54,347 bases of DNA, taken from assembly GCF_001186125.1 (NCBI RefSeq), contig NW_014040523.1, positions 1 to 54,347 on the forward strand, written 5' to 3'. Every line of letters starts with the position of its first letter. The stretch's first letter is position 1. The notes under the pieces were generated by a model. The model saw only the letters and a list, made by a program, of their open reading frames with translations, was not told the origin of the DNA and did not search any database. Both the position numbers and the translations under genes were made by a program. Shown here piece by piece: positions 34,640 through 46,939 of this stretch. Source of the DNA: Sphaeroforma arctica JP610 (taxonomy: Eukaryota).

Positions 34640-35810
34640 ATTTCTCGTCCGCGACGCCGAACGTGAGGAACGCATGCAAGCTATGATTAGCCTCCGTGAT
34701 CAAGAACAGGCAGAGAAAGACAAAGCCCACGCATCCGAGATCCAAGGTTTGAAGATTAGCCTTCTATCCATGAACGAACAGTTCAACGTCAAGAAGGTCA
34801 AGACCTTAGAAAATACTGAGGCTATCCTTCGTGTCCTCACGACACCTCTTCCCAAGCTCATCAAGGAGAAACTGAAACAAGATAAATTTGTAAAACTGTC
34901 CGCAATCAAAAGTGCAACGCGCCCCACACGAGAGAACACCACCGAACTTAAAATAGTAGACGTGATCGCAAAAGTAAAAATCAGTCAAGGAATCTTTTAC
35001 GTCTTTTGCCGACTTCCTCGACACATGGATAACACTTTTGGCATCCATGCTTTACTTCAACGAAGAGCTGAAATCCGACATGCCAGCCGTACTCGATCTA
35101 CTCAGTTACACCAAATTGCTCACCGGGTACCTCATGAACTACACCCTAACTGCCGTCGAGACTCTTGACTACCTTCACCGCGAGGGACTTGAGAAGTACG
35201 AGAAAGACACTCGCTTGGCGACTATCGACACCAACAAACTCTGTACTTTCTTGACAACACTGAACAACAGACGAACGAACACGTTCGGTAGCAAGTGTCG
35301 AGTTTGTAAGATTTTCTGCACCTGCGAAGTCAACGAGACGACCACCAGAGCACCCAAAGCCACTACCCTACGTCTAGCAACAGGAACCAACGATGCACTA
35401 CATTCAATCGTCACGGATAAAATTCTTGTAAAGAAGACAAGTGCAAATTCAAGCACGAATACAACAAGCCGAAATGCAAGTCACGCGCTACGTATGGAGG
35501 CTGTGAACATGATCCCAGCAAGCACGAATGGGATTCAAATATTATCCCTATATTCTTTTCTCCGTAAGGCGGTACGTCCAGACACCGTTCCAAACTTACA
35601 GAAGCTAACGAACGCATTTCAGGGATACAATAAAGAATTAAAAAGAATACTCTACTACACATGATCAAGTTTGATGCTGACATTGGTTACAAAGGCAGTC
35701 GTGCGAGTAAAACAATATACCGCAATCATCCACCAGCATTCGATAATGTACCGGGACTCTCTAGAACCATCACACAGGACGCTCTCAAAGGGACAATCAT
35801 AGACCCTTGT
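34640..35810 (+). mobile_element. DIRS-order (Ngaro/PAT-like) retrotransposon remnant: gag plus RT N-terminus
   Basis: IKEKLKQDKFVKLS, FLDTWI, C..FN...C...CKFKH Zn-finger-like sequence, then DIGYKG...RNHPPA...ITQDALKGTIIDP. These resemble DIRS/Ngaro gag and the GF.IGY.G...NH.SA RT leader. No RT core or recombinase is seen. Confidence 0.6.
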
Positions 35811-37689
35811 AAGGTACATTGTGTACTACTTATAACTTTATATTTACTTTATTATGCATGTTATAAATGTTTTAGTCGCAAAGTAAAGGCTATAAATCTT
35901 CACTGTTGTAGGTGCAGTGGGCCCCAACCACCTACTGCAGTCCGCGGCATCCAGATACACCCGCGGTCCTTTTTCGTTCTCTATTCTATAAGGCCTAGTG
36001 CAGGGAATAGCTCGTTGTTATCGTCTTCTATACTATTATCAAGGTCCTGCTCATCAGAGTAGTCTCCATCCACATCATCCCGATGAGGCATACACTCCTC
36101 CATTGAACTTTCATGATGGAACAATGCAAAACTTGTTCTTGTTCGTCCTGACATCACTTTAGAACACAGTCTCACTCGTCTGCTAGTATAAAACTATCGT
36201 GAAATACAGACTATTGCGATTGCATCGATTGCATCCCATTGAAGCAATCCATCAAATTGGGTTGTGTGCAGGATATGTAATTACCGTACGAGTTTGATAG
36301 TTGTGTATTAGTATTTCGTGCTCTTTGGGCTTTGTGTATTTAGAACATTATTGGAAGTAATAAAATTTGTATCTCGATATCATGTGAATGTCCATGTTCA
36401 TGCAACAAAAGTTAATGCCTATGTTGGTTATATCTTACCGTATCCGTTGGAGAGTTCCCTACTTCTAATGTATTGCCTGTCATGTTAACTAACTATATAA
36501 GAGCCGTTTATATGTAGACAGTATTTATACACATATGTCACATGTAACTAGCAGTATGACTATTTGTGTTTGTTTGAGTTGCTGTGTTTGAATGATTGCT
36601 GTGAAGCGAATTGTGGTCGGATTGCCATGTTTCGCATGTCGTTTTCATCTAGAACTTTTCGGTCTTTACATTGCAACAAAAAGTGTAGGCTTAAGGGATC
36701 TTTGTAAGGGTGTAAATTAGGGCCAAAGTCAACTGCCTCCAAAATCCTACGATTCGTAGGATTTCAACAACAACAAAAATAGGGCCAAATTTACGATTCG
36801 TAGGGTTTCTGGGCACTAGTGATATGTAAAAATCTAAAAAAAATGTTTGGTTTCAGACGGCTAGTAAGACCAGAATGACTTAAATAAAGCAGTCTAGTTC
36901 AGATTTATTACCCTGATGTTATTGGTCCACTCTGCGTAGCAAGAGGGGGCATTGACTATCAGGGCACTTAGTTATATACAAGGCCCACATTATCAGCCCG
37001 GGCTAGGATCGAGGGACCAGGGACTCTGACAGCGGTTAATTTTTGATGACAGATATGGCTCCAGAGTTCGGTACTATACTGGCAGGGTCTTACAGGCTAT
37101 GAAATATTGTATTTTTAAAATACAAGATTTTTTTTTTGATAAACCAAAGATATTCGCTAAGAACCCTGAACTTTTTTGAACTTTTGAAGGCGGCCTGGAG
37201 CTTCAAAAATCAAAAGTGCCAATGTTAAAGAAGTCATTTTGTCAAAAAAAAAAAGATAAGGCTAAACCATGTAAAGCGCACACCGAAGATCGGTATGTTA
37301 TACACATATTTTGAGCTACTTCGAGCTAAAAGAGCACTGGTGACAGAATAAGTCGTAATTGATGGACAAAACTGAGTTCATAAGTAGGTCATATTACACA
37401 ACTTTGGCAGCACCTTAATATATACTTTTGGAAATGTGTACTTTAAAGTTTGAACTGACACAGCTGTGACGATAACATCAAGATTGAACAGGACAACCTC
37501 AAAGTAACATGTAAAAGATATATAGGGTAAGATTGATAGTGTTGTGATAGTGATGGTGAACATAGCACAATCATTAACCCAAAGTCGTGAAAGAACAACG
37601 ACAAACAGAATGAAGAAGGCACATATATTGGGCTATAAATATAGTATGTCCTAATTAAGAACCTGGGAAAATTGAATAAGACATGAATA

Positions 37690-37890
37690 CGCATGAATGA
37701 TAATTGATGATGTTTGATTTGAGATTAGTTTGACTATATGAATAAAATTCATAGGAGTTGCTGAGAAACTACAGGAAAGGTTTCTTGCAGGAGATCGAGG
37801 ACTGACATGGTATAAACAGTGTCTACGTAGACATCAACGAATTCATACAGAGAGAGTCAACGACTTGAATAGTAAACTGTGTCATAAACG
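37690..37890 (+). pseudogene. Possible pogo/Tc5-type HTH remnant
   Basis: RFLAGDRGLTWYKQCLRRHQRI resembles the G..WY..FL.RHP motif; weak and interrupted. Confidence 0.25.
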
Positions 37891-38174
37891 AGGTTTTTAT
37901 CATTGTAAAGCGGTTGTTTCTCGAAACCTTCAGTACACTAACTTATTCCGTATTAGGGTTTGATGTTTAGTATTGGCTATACCAAGCCAGACATTTTCTG
38001 ATCTTCGTCATCATATTTTCGTCGATCCCCCATTGTCATTTTCACCCAAATTCACGCGTGTGCACAGCCTCATTCATACACCTTGTTTATACGCAGGCAT
38101 CTCGTGTGTGTTAGTGCCTGCACAAAAATTACGGGTGTTGAAGGTCTAATTCCACTGTTAGGTGGTTTAGAGAA

Positions 38175-40270
38175 TGGTATATTCAGGTATATTCACGTGT
38201 GGTGAGTTTACAGACATATAAGATTCAGTCATAGCTATAGACATGTCAATGTTGATTCACAAGGTTTTGAATGTGCATGCAACAGAAATTATGTGTTTTA
38301 AAGACAAACGTGATTGCTACGAAAGATTTAAAATAAATATATGACGCATGATTAATGTAGTAAAGAATTGGGGGAAAGGGTAACATAGTATTACCAGTAT
38401 TCGATGGCAAGAGAGTGGATGGTAAGCGAGCTAATGCATCGCGATCTATAAAAAAAGCGCATGCATGTACAAGCTGAAGTGGCAAGAATGCTAGTTGTAG
38501 AGGGGGTCGACGGAGAAGGTGAGAGTATATATAAAGAGTGTAAGTCGGCAGTTGGCGCTTACAATTTAGATGCAGCGAGAATGGTAATGTGTATGCTTGC
38601 GGAGAATGACATAGACTTTATACTCGCCCCGCAGGAAGCAGAACCAGATCACTTATCTGCAGCGAGTTGGTATCTGTGACTATTGCATATGTAATGATAG
38701 TGACTATATAGTTCTGTATTGTGATAACATTATCTTTGATAATTACTTCTATAGAGGACTAGGTAGACTATTTAAACGTGCTAAGTTGGTGTAAGACTTG
38801 ATTCATTTCGAGAGAAGCCTAGTGAAAGTGAAGAGTGGCAGTCGAATATGCATGAGTTTTTATATTACGTGAGTATACATGGACTTGTTGACATGTTATA
38901 TCCATGTGTCTGTCTGTTTAGACCAGACTATAGGCAGCGTACTGGTGTTGGACCTGCGGACCAATTGAAACACGTAAGCGAAGGGCGTGTCACTGTTGAT
39001 TTAATTTTACAGTACCAGTATGTATGCATCTGATCCTAATAAGTTGTTCTATACAAGACAAGCAGTACAAAACACAGTCCAGTATATGATCCAGTGCATC
39101 AATGCTTTGTTTCAGCATACGACTCTCAACGACAATATATCGAACAGAAAATATATGAGGTATAAATCAATGTTTACGGTCCAAGTGTCTATACTCCGTG
39201 GCTACACCCTGTAGCTACAGCTATATAAAGTAGAGAGTGCTGTATTATGTAGGGGGCTGGCGGACAGGAAGTGAATTCACGAAGTGCGATCAATGAATTA
39301 TGGACTAGTTACTGGCGTAAATGTAGGATAACCAACTTTACACGTAGTATGCCTCCCATTGATCTCACTAGTATAAACCGTGTGCAATTACGTGCGTATT
39401 CTACAAGCCATGGTCTGTCTATACCTCAGCACGTAACCACTGTAGAGTCGACGACTCCCTATTGTCTAAACATAAATCTATGCAAGAGATTTACGTTAGA
39501 GATATGTCTACGCTAGAATTAGTCAATTATACACAGGAAAATGTTTTTAAGATCGATGTAAGCAAAGATATAGTGAGAGACTATTTTGATAGAAAAGATG
39601 GATATTTCTCTACGCCGACAAAACAAACAGCAAAAACGGCGTACACTGGAGCTAAACATGGGATTCTCAGAGTCAGACAATAATGATCTTGCAATGTATG
39701 TACAAGCTAAGGTAGGGCGATCGATGCATAACACGCCGAAAGAAGTGTTTTTGCGTTTAATATGTACACCTGTTCATAAAGGTAATCAAATGCATTATAG
39801 ATGTAATAAAGTGGATGTTATAGCTCTTTGCTTATTCCCAACTCCGATACCTTATAGACCGTGCCATTATATGAAGGTATGCGTTCACATTCGTACAGCT
39901 TTAGAAAGGACGATAGAACTTAGTATCAGTGAAGGCACAGATGATGAAAATACCTGGAGAGACAGAGGTGTTATCGCGAGCATTGTGTCAAGCATCCCTG
40001 CTATTACGATACACCTTTTATTACTGCTATGATTAGGTCTATGTACAACCCGTGGATAGGAGCACCAGTAGAACGTATTGATGGCAGTGTATCCACCACT
40101 GAGCGAGAGGAAATAGCAAGGGGTAGGCATTTAGCGTTGTATCGTACTGAACGTATGAAAAGTGTACGTTATCCAAATCGTGGTCTTAAGTACGATGTAA
40201 TAGCTATAACAAAACCTAATACCTTAAGCGAGATAATCTCAACTCTTTTTGGCACGTTTCTTTTTGGCTG
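38175..40270 (+). pseudogene. Exo1/XPG-family 5' nuclease followed by SAP-like and SWIM-like segments (decayed)
   Basis: VIAIDMSMLIHK (38228), PVFDG (~38395), FILAPQEA (~38620), NDSDY (38693), PDY...GVGP (H3TH, ~38925), DLTSINRVQLRAYSTSHGLSIP (39361), YVQAKVGRSM...C...CVHI...GTDDENTW (39697-39957). Confidence 0.7.
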
Positions 40271-41779
40271 AGATATCCTATCAGTCATAGGCATAAACTA
40301 GTCACGTATAGGGGGGTTTAAGTTCACTAAACCACGAATACACCCACTGTCGGTTAAGTGTAAATCAATCTCAGATAGAGTAAGCCGGCCTCTGTCCCAG
40401 ACCCGGTAGTCTTGTAATTTTTCATTGTTTCGCTCGATGTGAATACGGTATACGGCTATCTGTTTATCCCTCCTCTTTGTTTCGTTATCAAATGCAATTT
40501 GTCCCCGGGCTTTCTTCCGGGAACAAATCAAATGTATTCGACTCGTTTTCAGTTCATTCATCTGCCTGTCAGTGCAGCATGTGCAAGACGAACGATAGCC
40601 AAATATTTGTTTGCCATGGTCGACAATGTCGTTATCTGTTGCTGATCCCGGGCATGGTGGTGTCACTACTGCAATTTAAGAATTTGAAGCTGCTACTGTA
40701 CAATGTTTACTAATAACACTCTTTTTATATAATGTGTAAAAGCATGTGTGTGTAGCAGGAACGACCCTGTATAGATCGTCTGTCTTCTTCTCAGTGCATT
40801 ACTAAACCATGGCAAATAACCGGGCAGTAGTCTCATGTTTGTTGCCATATCACACTGCACGTGTTTTGCATTTTGCTTTTCGTGGGTATCGGTTGAGGTT
40901 TTCTCACCATCTCTGCCACAGCATATGTCCAAGTACCATATATATATATATATATGTTTAGCTTTCACACGTCACACATCGAAGTATATACTTGTATCTG
41001 GCGTATATTTACTGTATCGTAGTTGAGTGAGCCAGCAAATGGATTTGTTCAAAACAAAACAAGTTTGTTACCTCTGCGTTTATATGTGTAATCTGCATCC
41101 TTCGTAGCTAATATAGGTGAATCGTCATCGACATCTATATCAACTGCTTCAGGGCAAAATTCTTTATACAGTTTAATCCTGACACGACCATTAAAGTGAA
41201 AAGACCGCATTCCAGTAGTCATATAGCAACCTAATAGCGATAACAGACGGCTTCCCAGTGAATGTATCACACAAACGGTCATCTTTTGATAAACGTTCTA
41301 TGTATATCTATGCATGAATACGTGAGTGATACTTGTGTTGGTATGGGTGTGGCTGTCTTCGCTCTAGTTTGCTGCATGTGTTCTTGTAGTATTGGTTACT
41401 CTGTCGAGTACTGCTTGACATATAGACCAAGTTATGTATCTATTAGTCGACGACGATGATGAAGACGTTGAGACAATCTGCTTAATGACAGATAAGTAAC
41501 ATTTGTGCTGAGGCGTCGGCCGTACAAAAGCAATGAAGGCAAATCTCCAGCCTAAATTCGGAGTTGTCCATTTGTTATTTTGTGTAACTGATCGTCACGA
41601 TAATGACATGTTGCTATTTTACGCCGTACTCTAACCTTCGTCCCCTTTGCTGCCTCAAACTCACGCCTTATCTTAGTTCTCATATTCGTCTCTTTAACCA
41701 GGATAATCAGCTGTTGATCACGCACGTTTTGGTTAACTGAGAGACCTAGACCTGTTTTTTTCTCAGGTATTCGCCGCAC

Positions 41780-42374
41780 TGTAAACTTCGATGGATATTT
41801 CTATGTTTTAAACTATGTTATATAAGCTAAGATATAATTTAAGTCAGTTAGGATTTAGCAGTGGTAGATTGTGTAAGAATGATCGGGACTGCCTGTTGGT
41901 AAGAGCCTTAATTTCTTCGATCACACAGGACGTACCTCTAGCTGTTCTTTATTGAATGATTTCAATAGAAGTACTAAGTGTTCATGACCACATGTCAATT
42001 TGTAGATCGACATAAGAACGTAAGTCAAGTTAATACATTAGCTAATATAAATAAAGTTCCATCTGAAGAAAAGTTAAAAAAGAAAAAGACATTGGATTTT
42101 GGAGATTGGCGGGAAGACCCAAACCTGTAAGTAGCAGTTCAGAGATTATAAAATTTAGTTTATAATATCCTACATCTACTATCGTCTCAAATAGGTCCAA
42201 GTAAATGAGTCATACCAAATACTCAGGCTATTGGAGCCATCAAAGTAAATTTAGAACACTTTGGAAATATCGGAAAAAGAACTTGTATTAAATTATTTTA
42301 AATACAAATAAAAACCAATGTGTTATCTCATTTGGTCTTGATATTTTAGACTGACCGGAGGCCGTATTTCTACA
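41780..42374 (-). repeat. Gypsy C 3' LTR (595 bp)
   Basis: Minus-strand TGTAGAAAT...GTTTACA; matches 48784-48943 and the solo LTR at 7172-11068. Confidence 0.93.
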
Positions 42375-42512
42375 TAGCCCCCAGTAGCTTTTAGGACTAC
42401 GGACGTACGTGAAGGTACGATCTAGTTCGTAAAGCGAAAACCAAAGTAAAACGGTTTCGGTCATAGCTTATCGAGTAAGTATGTGCCTTTATGCACAAGT
42501 TCAAGACTCATG

Positions 42513-44269
42513 TTACACTCTATGTCGTTTAGTATTTGGTCCAGTAACTATTTCCGATGTAGGCGCATTACGTTTATTACTTGGTAAGGTAATAGCCAAA
42601 GATTGTTCTTCATTAGTAAGGAAGTTCGAAGAATTTTCTGCTCTGTTGGTAAGCAGATCAGAAAGTTTAGTCACATAGGAAGTAGGTGGCAAATAGGGAA
42701 TTTCGTATCCATTCGGGTTTGTAGTCACCTGAGGAAACCCTTTCCGTTTATCTCGTGAGTTCTTATGTAAACGCTTATTCCATTTCTTATTAAAAATACG
42801 AAGGAAGTCGCGAGAGTCACGAAACGCATAGGAGGTTAGCCAAGTTACTGCCCCATCCATAAAACGAGTCTTGTAGTAAGTGTAGCCGTCTTCGGATGTT
42901 TTGTCAATTATATCTTTGACTTGTGACTCCATAACTGGGACATCAGAATCAAATGAGCGAGCGAATGAGAGTTCGGAGGTAGGGATACAGTGAGTGCCTA
43001 GTTTAGTTGCGCTAGTACCATCTATGTTATTCACTTCGTAAGTATCACTCTTCTCATCATGGTAGGAAATAACAAAAGGTCCGATTGTCTTAGAAGTGAG
43101 TTCGGTAACGTTGGCATTGCGATTTAAAAAATTAACATAATCGCCAACTTTGAACTGAACAATGTTCTTAGTGCTATTCCATCGGTCATACGCTTTAAGT
43201 AGGACACGATTTTTGTGCTCGAGTAAACAGGGGTAAACAATGTTCTGCATAAGCTCGATCTTTTGTAGCCACGGAGTAACATGTTTCTCGGGCGCAGTTT
43301 TGTCAAACGTTGCTTGTAATTCACTATAGCGGCCAAAGAAATAGTGAAACGGGAATGTTCCAGTTTGATGATTCATGCAGTTATTCATTTGAGTCTGAAC
43401 CCATTTCAAAAGATAAAGCCACATATCCTCAACGTCATCCAGTGCGGTACGCAATAGCTTCTTTAGTTCTCTATGACGTGTCGCATTTGCACCCTGCGTT
43501 TGGGGTTTATCAGGAACACCACGCCTATGGGTCATGCCTGATACGAGTATAAGTGCCTCCACGGCACAAAACTCACTACCGTTATCAAAACATAGTACTC
43601 GGGGAAACCGAAGTCATTAAAGACGTGATAGCATAACTCTGCTACTGTTTGCGGGCGTTTGTTCGGCATTGCATAAAGCAAGTTATAGCCCGAAGCCGCA
43701 CATAAGAAATGACAGATATATACATCGCCAGTATGCTGGGATCGCGGGAGTTTAACCAAATCGACTATGACTCGGCGCATCGGTTGGTCTTCTGTCACAC
43801 TTTTTAGGGGTGCCCAACCGTAGCGCTTGATCTGGTTCTTTTCACATTCAGTACAGCATCGGTATACTTCACGTATGGGTTCTTTCAGTCCCGGGTGATC
43901 AAGCCCTGCACGAATAGCCATCTTATAAGTATGCTCATATGCTCGATGAGTTAAATTATGTATTATTTTAACTCTACTCTCGAGGTCTTCTAAGTCAGTC
44001 AGATTCTGTGTAACGCTGGCTGGATGAACCATAGTTCCGTTAGATGGGGCAACTTCAGTATCAGGAGTGGTAGACTCCTGAGATACGTAATTAACAACAT
44101 TAGATTGATGAAATACCTTCTTCAGTTGTTTGGCAACTCCTGGCTGTTCTTTAAGCAGCGCTTTAAGTAGTTGAGTGCGAGCTTCAGGTTCTCTTAGAGC
44201 TTTGAGTTTTTGATCCATGGCCTTAGCTAGTTCCATGTTTTTACGATCTAATGCCGTCTCAATCGGCAT
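42513..44269 (-). pseudogene. Gypsy C integrase plus chromodomain
   Basis: HNLTH...CTEC, RVIVDL, DNGSEF (frameshifted), PQTQG, IGPF, chromodomain-like tail. Confidence 0.9.
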
Positions 44270-44384
44270 TACCTCGACTGTATTTCATGTTGGGTGCATG
44301 TGTTGTACGAGTCTTGAGCTTTTGTTCAAACTCCTTAGGCTCCTCTAGTTTAGGTATAAACTCGGTTGAGGGTTTCTAATTAAT

Positions 44385-44775
44385 GGTACCTCCAGGACCG
44401 ATGCGACAAACGATGGTGTGTTTCCAAGGTGTCTTCTTCATAGAATAGGATCCCTGGTACAAGAACGTGTCGGTTTCACGGTCGACATAGATAGGCTCGT
44501 CTTGTATCAGATCAATTAAATCACGTATCCGTGGGTCGGAACTACGTAAGGGACAACACAGCGTAATGGTAGATTTAGTAATAATAACATAATTTAACAA
44601 CTGTGCGATAAGTTGCCAAGGTGGGTTAGCCCACGCATTATGCTTGATAAGTCAAGTTGAAAGGCATCACCTTTAGGATGAGTCAACGACCTATAATCAG
44701 GAACCTGTTTGTTATGTTCTGCCCATCTTGATTGAGCGAGGTTAAATCATTTCTTATTAAGCATCCAATCGGTTG
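44385..44775 (-). pseudogene. Dam-like DNA N6-adenine methyltransferase domain of Gypsy C pol
   Basis: DWMLNKK*FNLAQ...HNKQVPDY...DAFQLD/KHNAWANPPWQLI...LCCP...KTPWKHTIVCRIGP. NPPW at 44616-44627; the DxFA motif is deleted relative to Gypsy A. Confidence 0.85.
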
Positions 44776-44799
44776 CTAATAACTCTCTAACTGTTTTCT

Positions 44800-46860
44800 G
44801 GTAGTCATTGACAAGTCGAGAGAACATGTCAGGAAGATAACCATATATTCCTGGTATGTGTGTAATGTTAAAAGCGAACTTAACAATAATGTCATGCCAG
44901 CGGCTCACCAACTGTGAATCAGGGTTCATGTCCTTTAAATATGTTAAAGACTTTTGATCACAGGCGACAGTGAAGTAACTTACATAAAGGTAGTCTTTAA
45001 ACTGTCTTAGCGCAGTAACAATAACAAGGAGCTCTTGTTTAACGGTAGGGTAATTCCGTTGACTCTTATTATAACGCTTGCTAAAGAATTGTATGTACCG
45101 TGTAGTAAGTATACGCTAGATAACTGTATCTCAACGTTCTCCCTCCTCAGGGAGGGGGACGTTGTTCATTTATTAATAATTATAAACAGTAATCCTAAAA
45201 TGACTGACTCTTAAAATGTGTCATTAGTCATGTGCTGTAAAACCAGCAAAGCCCTAAAACCCAGTTTATCAGATTATTCTGATAAACTGTAAAACTTGTA
45301 ATAAACCTAAAATAATCAAATAAATCTAAGTACTTGTATTCTGACCACAACCGTGGTTTATCATTTATTGTTTGGTATAGCACTCCACCTAACGCTTGAT
45401 CTGAAGCGTCAGTTGCTACTTGGAATGGGACATCGTCCACAGGGTATTGCAGGATGGGTGCGTTCATTACTTTACTTTTGACTAGCTGAAATGCATCATC
45501 ACATTCTCTAGTCCAGAGCTTTCCCAAAGATCCTTTGTGCAGCCGTAGGTGACTGAAAGGCTTTAAGTATTGAGAAAGACGAGGTACCGAATCTGAGAAG
45601 AAGTTAACAAACCCACACACAGAGTTCACATCTCTTCCAGTAATCGGTGTTGATAGATCCAACAGAAATTGTTTCTTGCCAGAATCAATTTCTGCCCCTG
45701 CTGCAGATGCCTTGTAACCAAGTAAGTGTATAGAATCTTTAGCAAAAGAACACTTGTCCTCGTTAATCTTAAGTTTGGCATGGTTTAGTCGCTTTAAGAC
45801 TTCCTTAACGAGTTTAGCATGTTCATGTACTGTCTTTGTAAAGATAACTATATCATCTAAATATACTGATACGTTATCCGACAGGTCCGCAAATAGTTAT
45901 ATCATAACTTATTGGAAGAAAGAAGGTAACATGTGTAAGCCTTCAGGTGCACCTTTAAACTGGTACTTCTTACCTTGCCAAGTAAAGGGAAAGTATTTCC
46001 TATGCGGCTCATATATTTGTAATTGATAGAATGCAGCTTTTAAGTCTACCTAGGAAAATATAGTCGCACCTTCCATTTTGCGTAGCATCTCGCTTATCTC
46101 TGGTAAGGGAAAACTATGTTGCGGAAAAGTTTGTTGATTGGCGACAGGTCTAGTACTACTCTTGTTTTACTAAACGTGCCATCAGATTTATATTGATCGA
46201 CCGCTAAGAGAGCTAAGTTAACTGGGATTGCATCATAATTGATTTTAATTAGACCCTGTTTTAACCAATCTTCAATTTGGGTTTTGACAACGTCCTTGTA
46301 TCTCCGACTCACGTAGTTATGTGAAGCACACTTTAGCTTAGAGAAGTCGACGTTTGTTAAGTCAAGCTTAACGTACCCGTTAGAGAACTTAAACATACAC
46401 CAGTCAGTTATTGCAATCTTTCTGTTTTGTATAATTAAGTCCATAATTATATCGGTAACGTGCGGAATCATATCCTCTGCTTCACTTTCCGGAGGTTTAG
46501 GTATCTTTAACATGTTATCATCTGACTGATCATTATTTGGGTCTAGCCCATTAGGCAGACCAGTGAAAGATATACCTAAACTGAGAAGATCAGTCATACC
46601 TATAATTAAATCATATTTCTGAGACATGTCAGTAACGATTAAGTGAGTCTTTACTTCTCTTCTATCTGACAAAATTATGTGTGCATAGTCAATGGCTTCT
46701 TCGCAAGTGGTAACTTTGCCATTTCCCAAGATTAAATTAGTTGTTTCGTTATGAATAGCCACATCTGTAGCGTAGGCTACTCGGCGTGAGATAGCAGAGA
46801 CTTCAGCCCCTGGATAAAAAAGTGCTATAACCTTTCTCCATTGACATAAACGGTTTGAAA
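44800..46860 (-). pseudogene. Gypsy C protease-RT-RNase H
   Basis: Collinear with Gypsy A pol (KTRVVLDLSPIN, YLDD, TDASD, HIPG...PDMFSR); contains stops and frameshifts. Confidence 0.92.
45101..45349. mobile_element. Solo LTR (249 bp) of another family with 4-bp TSD ACCG
   Basis: TGTAGT...ACCACA termini; ACCG at 45097-45100 and 45350-45353; removal restores RNase H KPR|YIQFFSK. Confidence 0.9.
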
Positions 46861-46939
46861 TATACGTTCATCTCCTTTGGTATAGATTTTATAGAACTTT
46901 TTCTCATAATCTTGTTCTAGTGCACACATATGGAACTGT

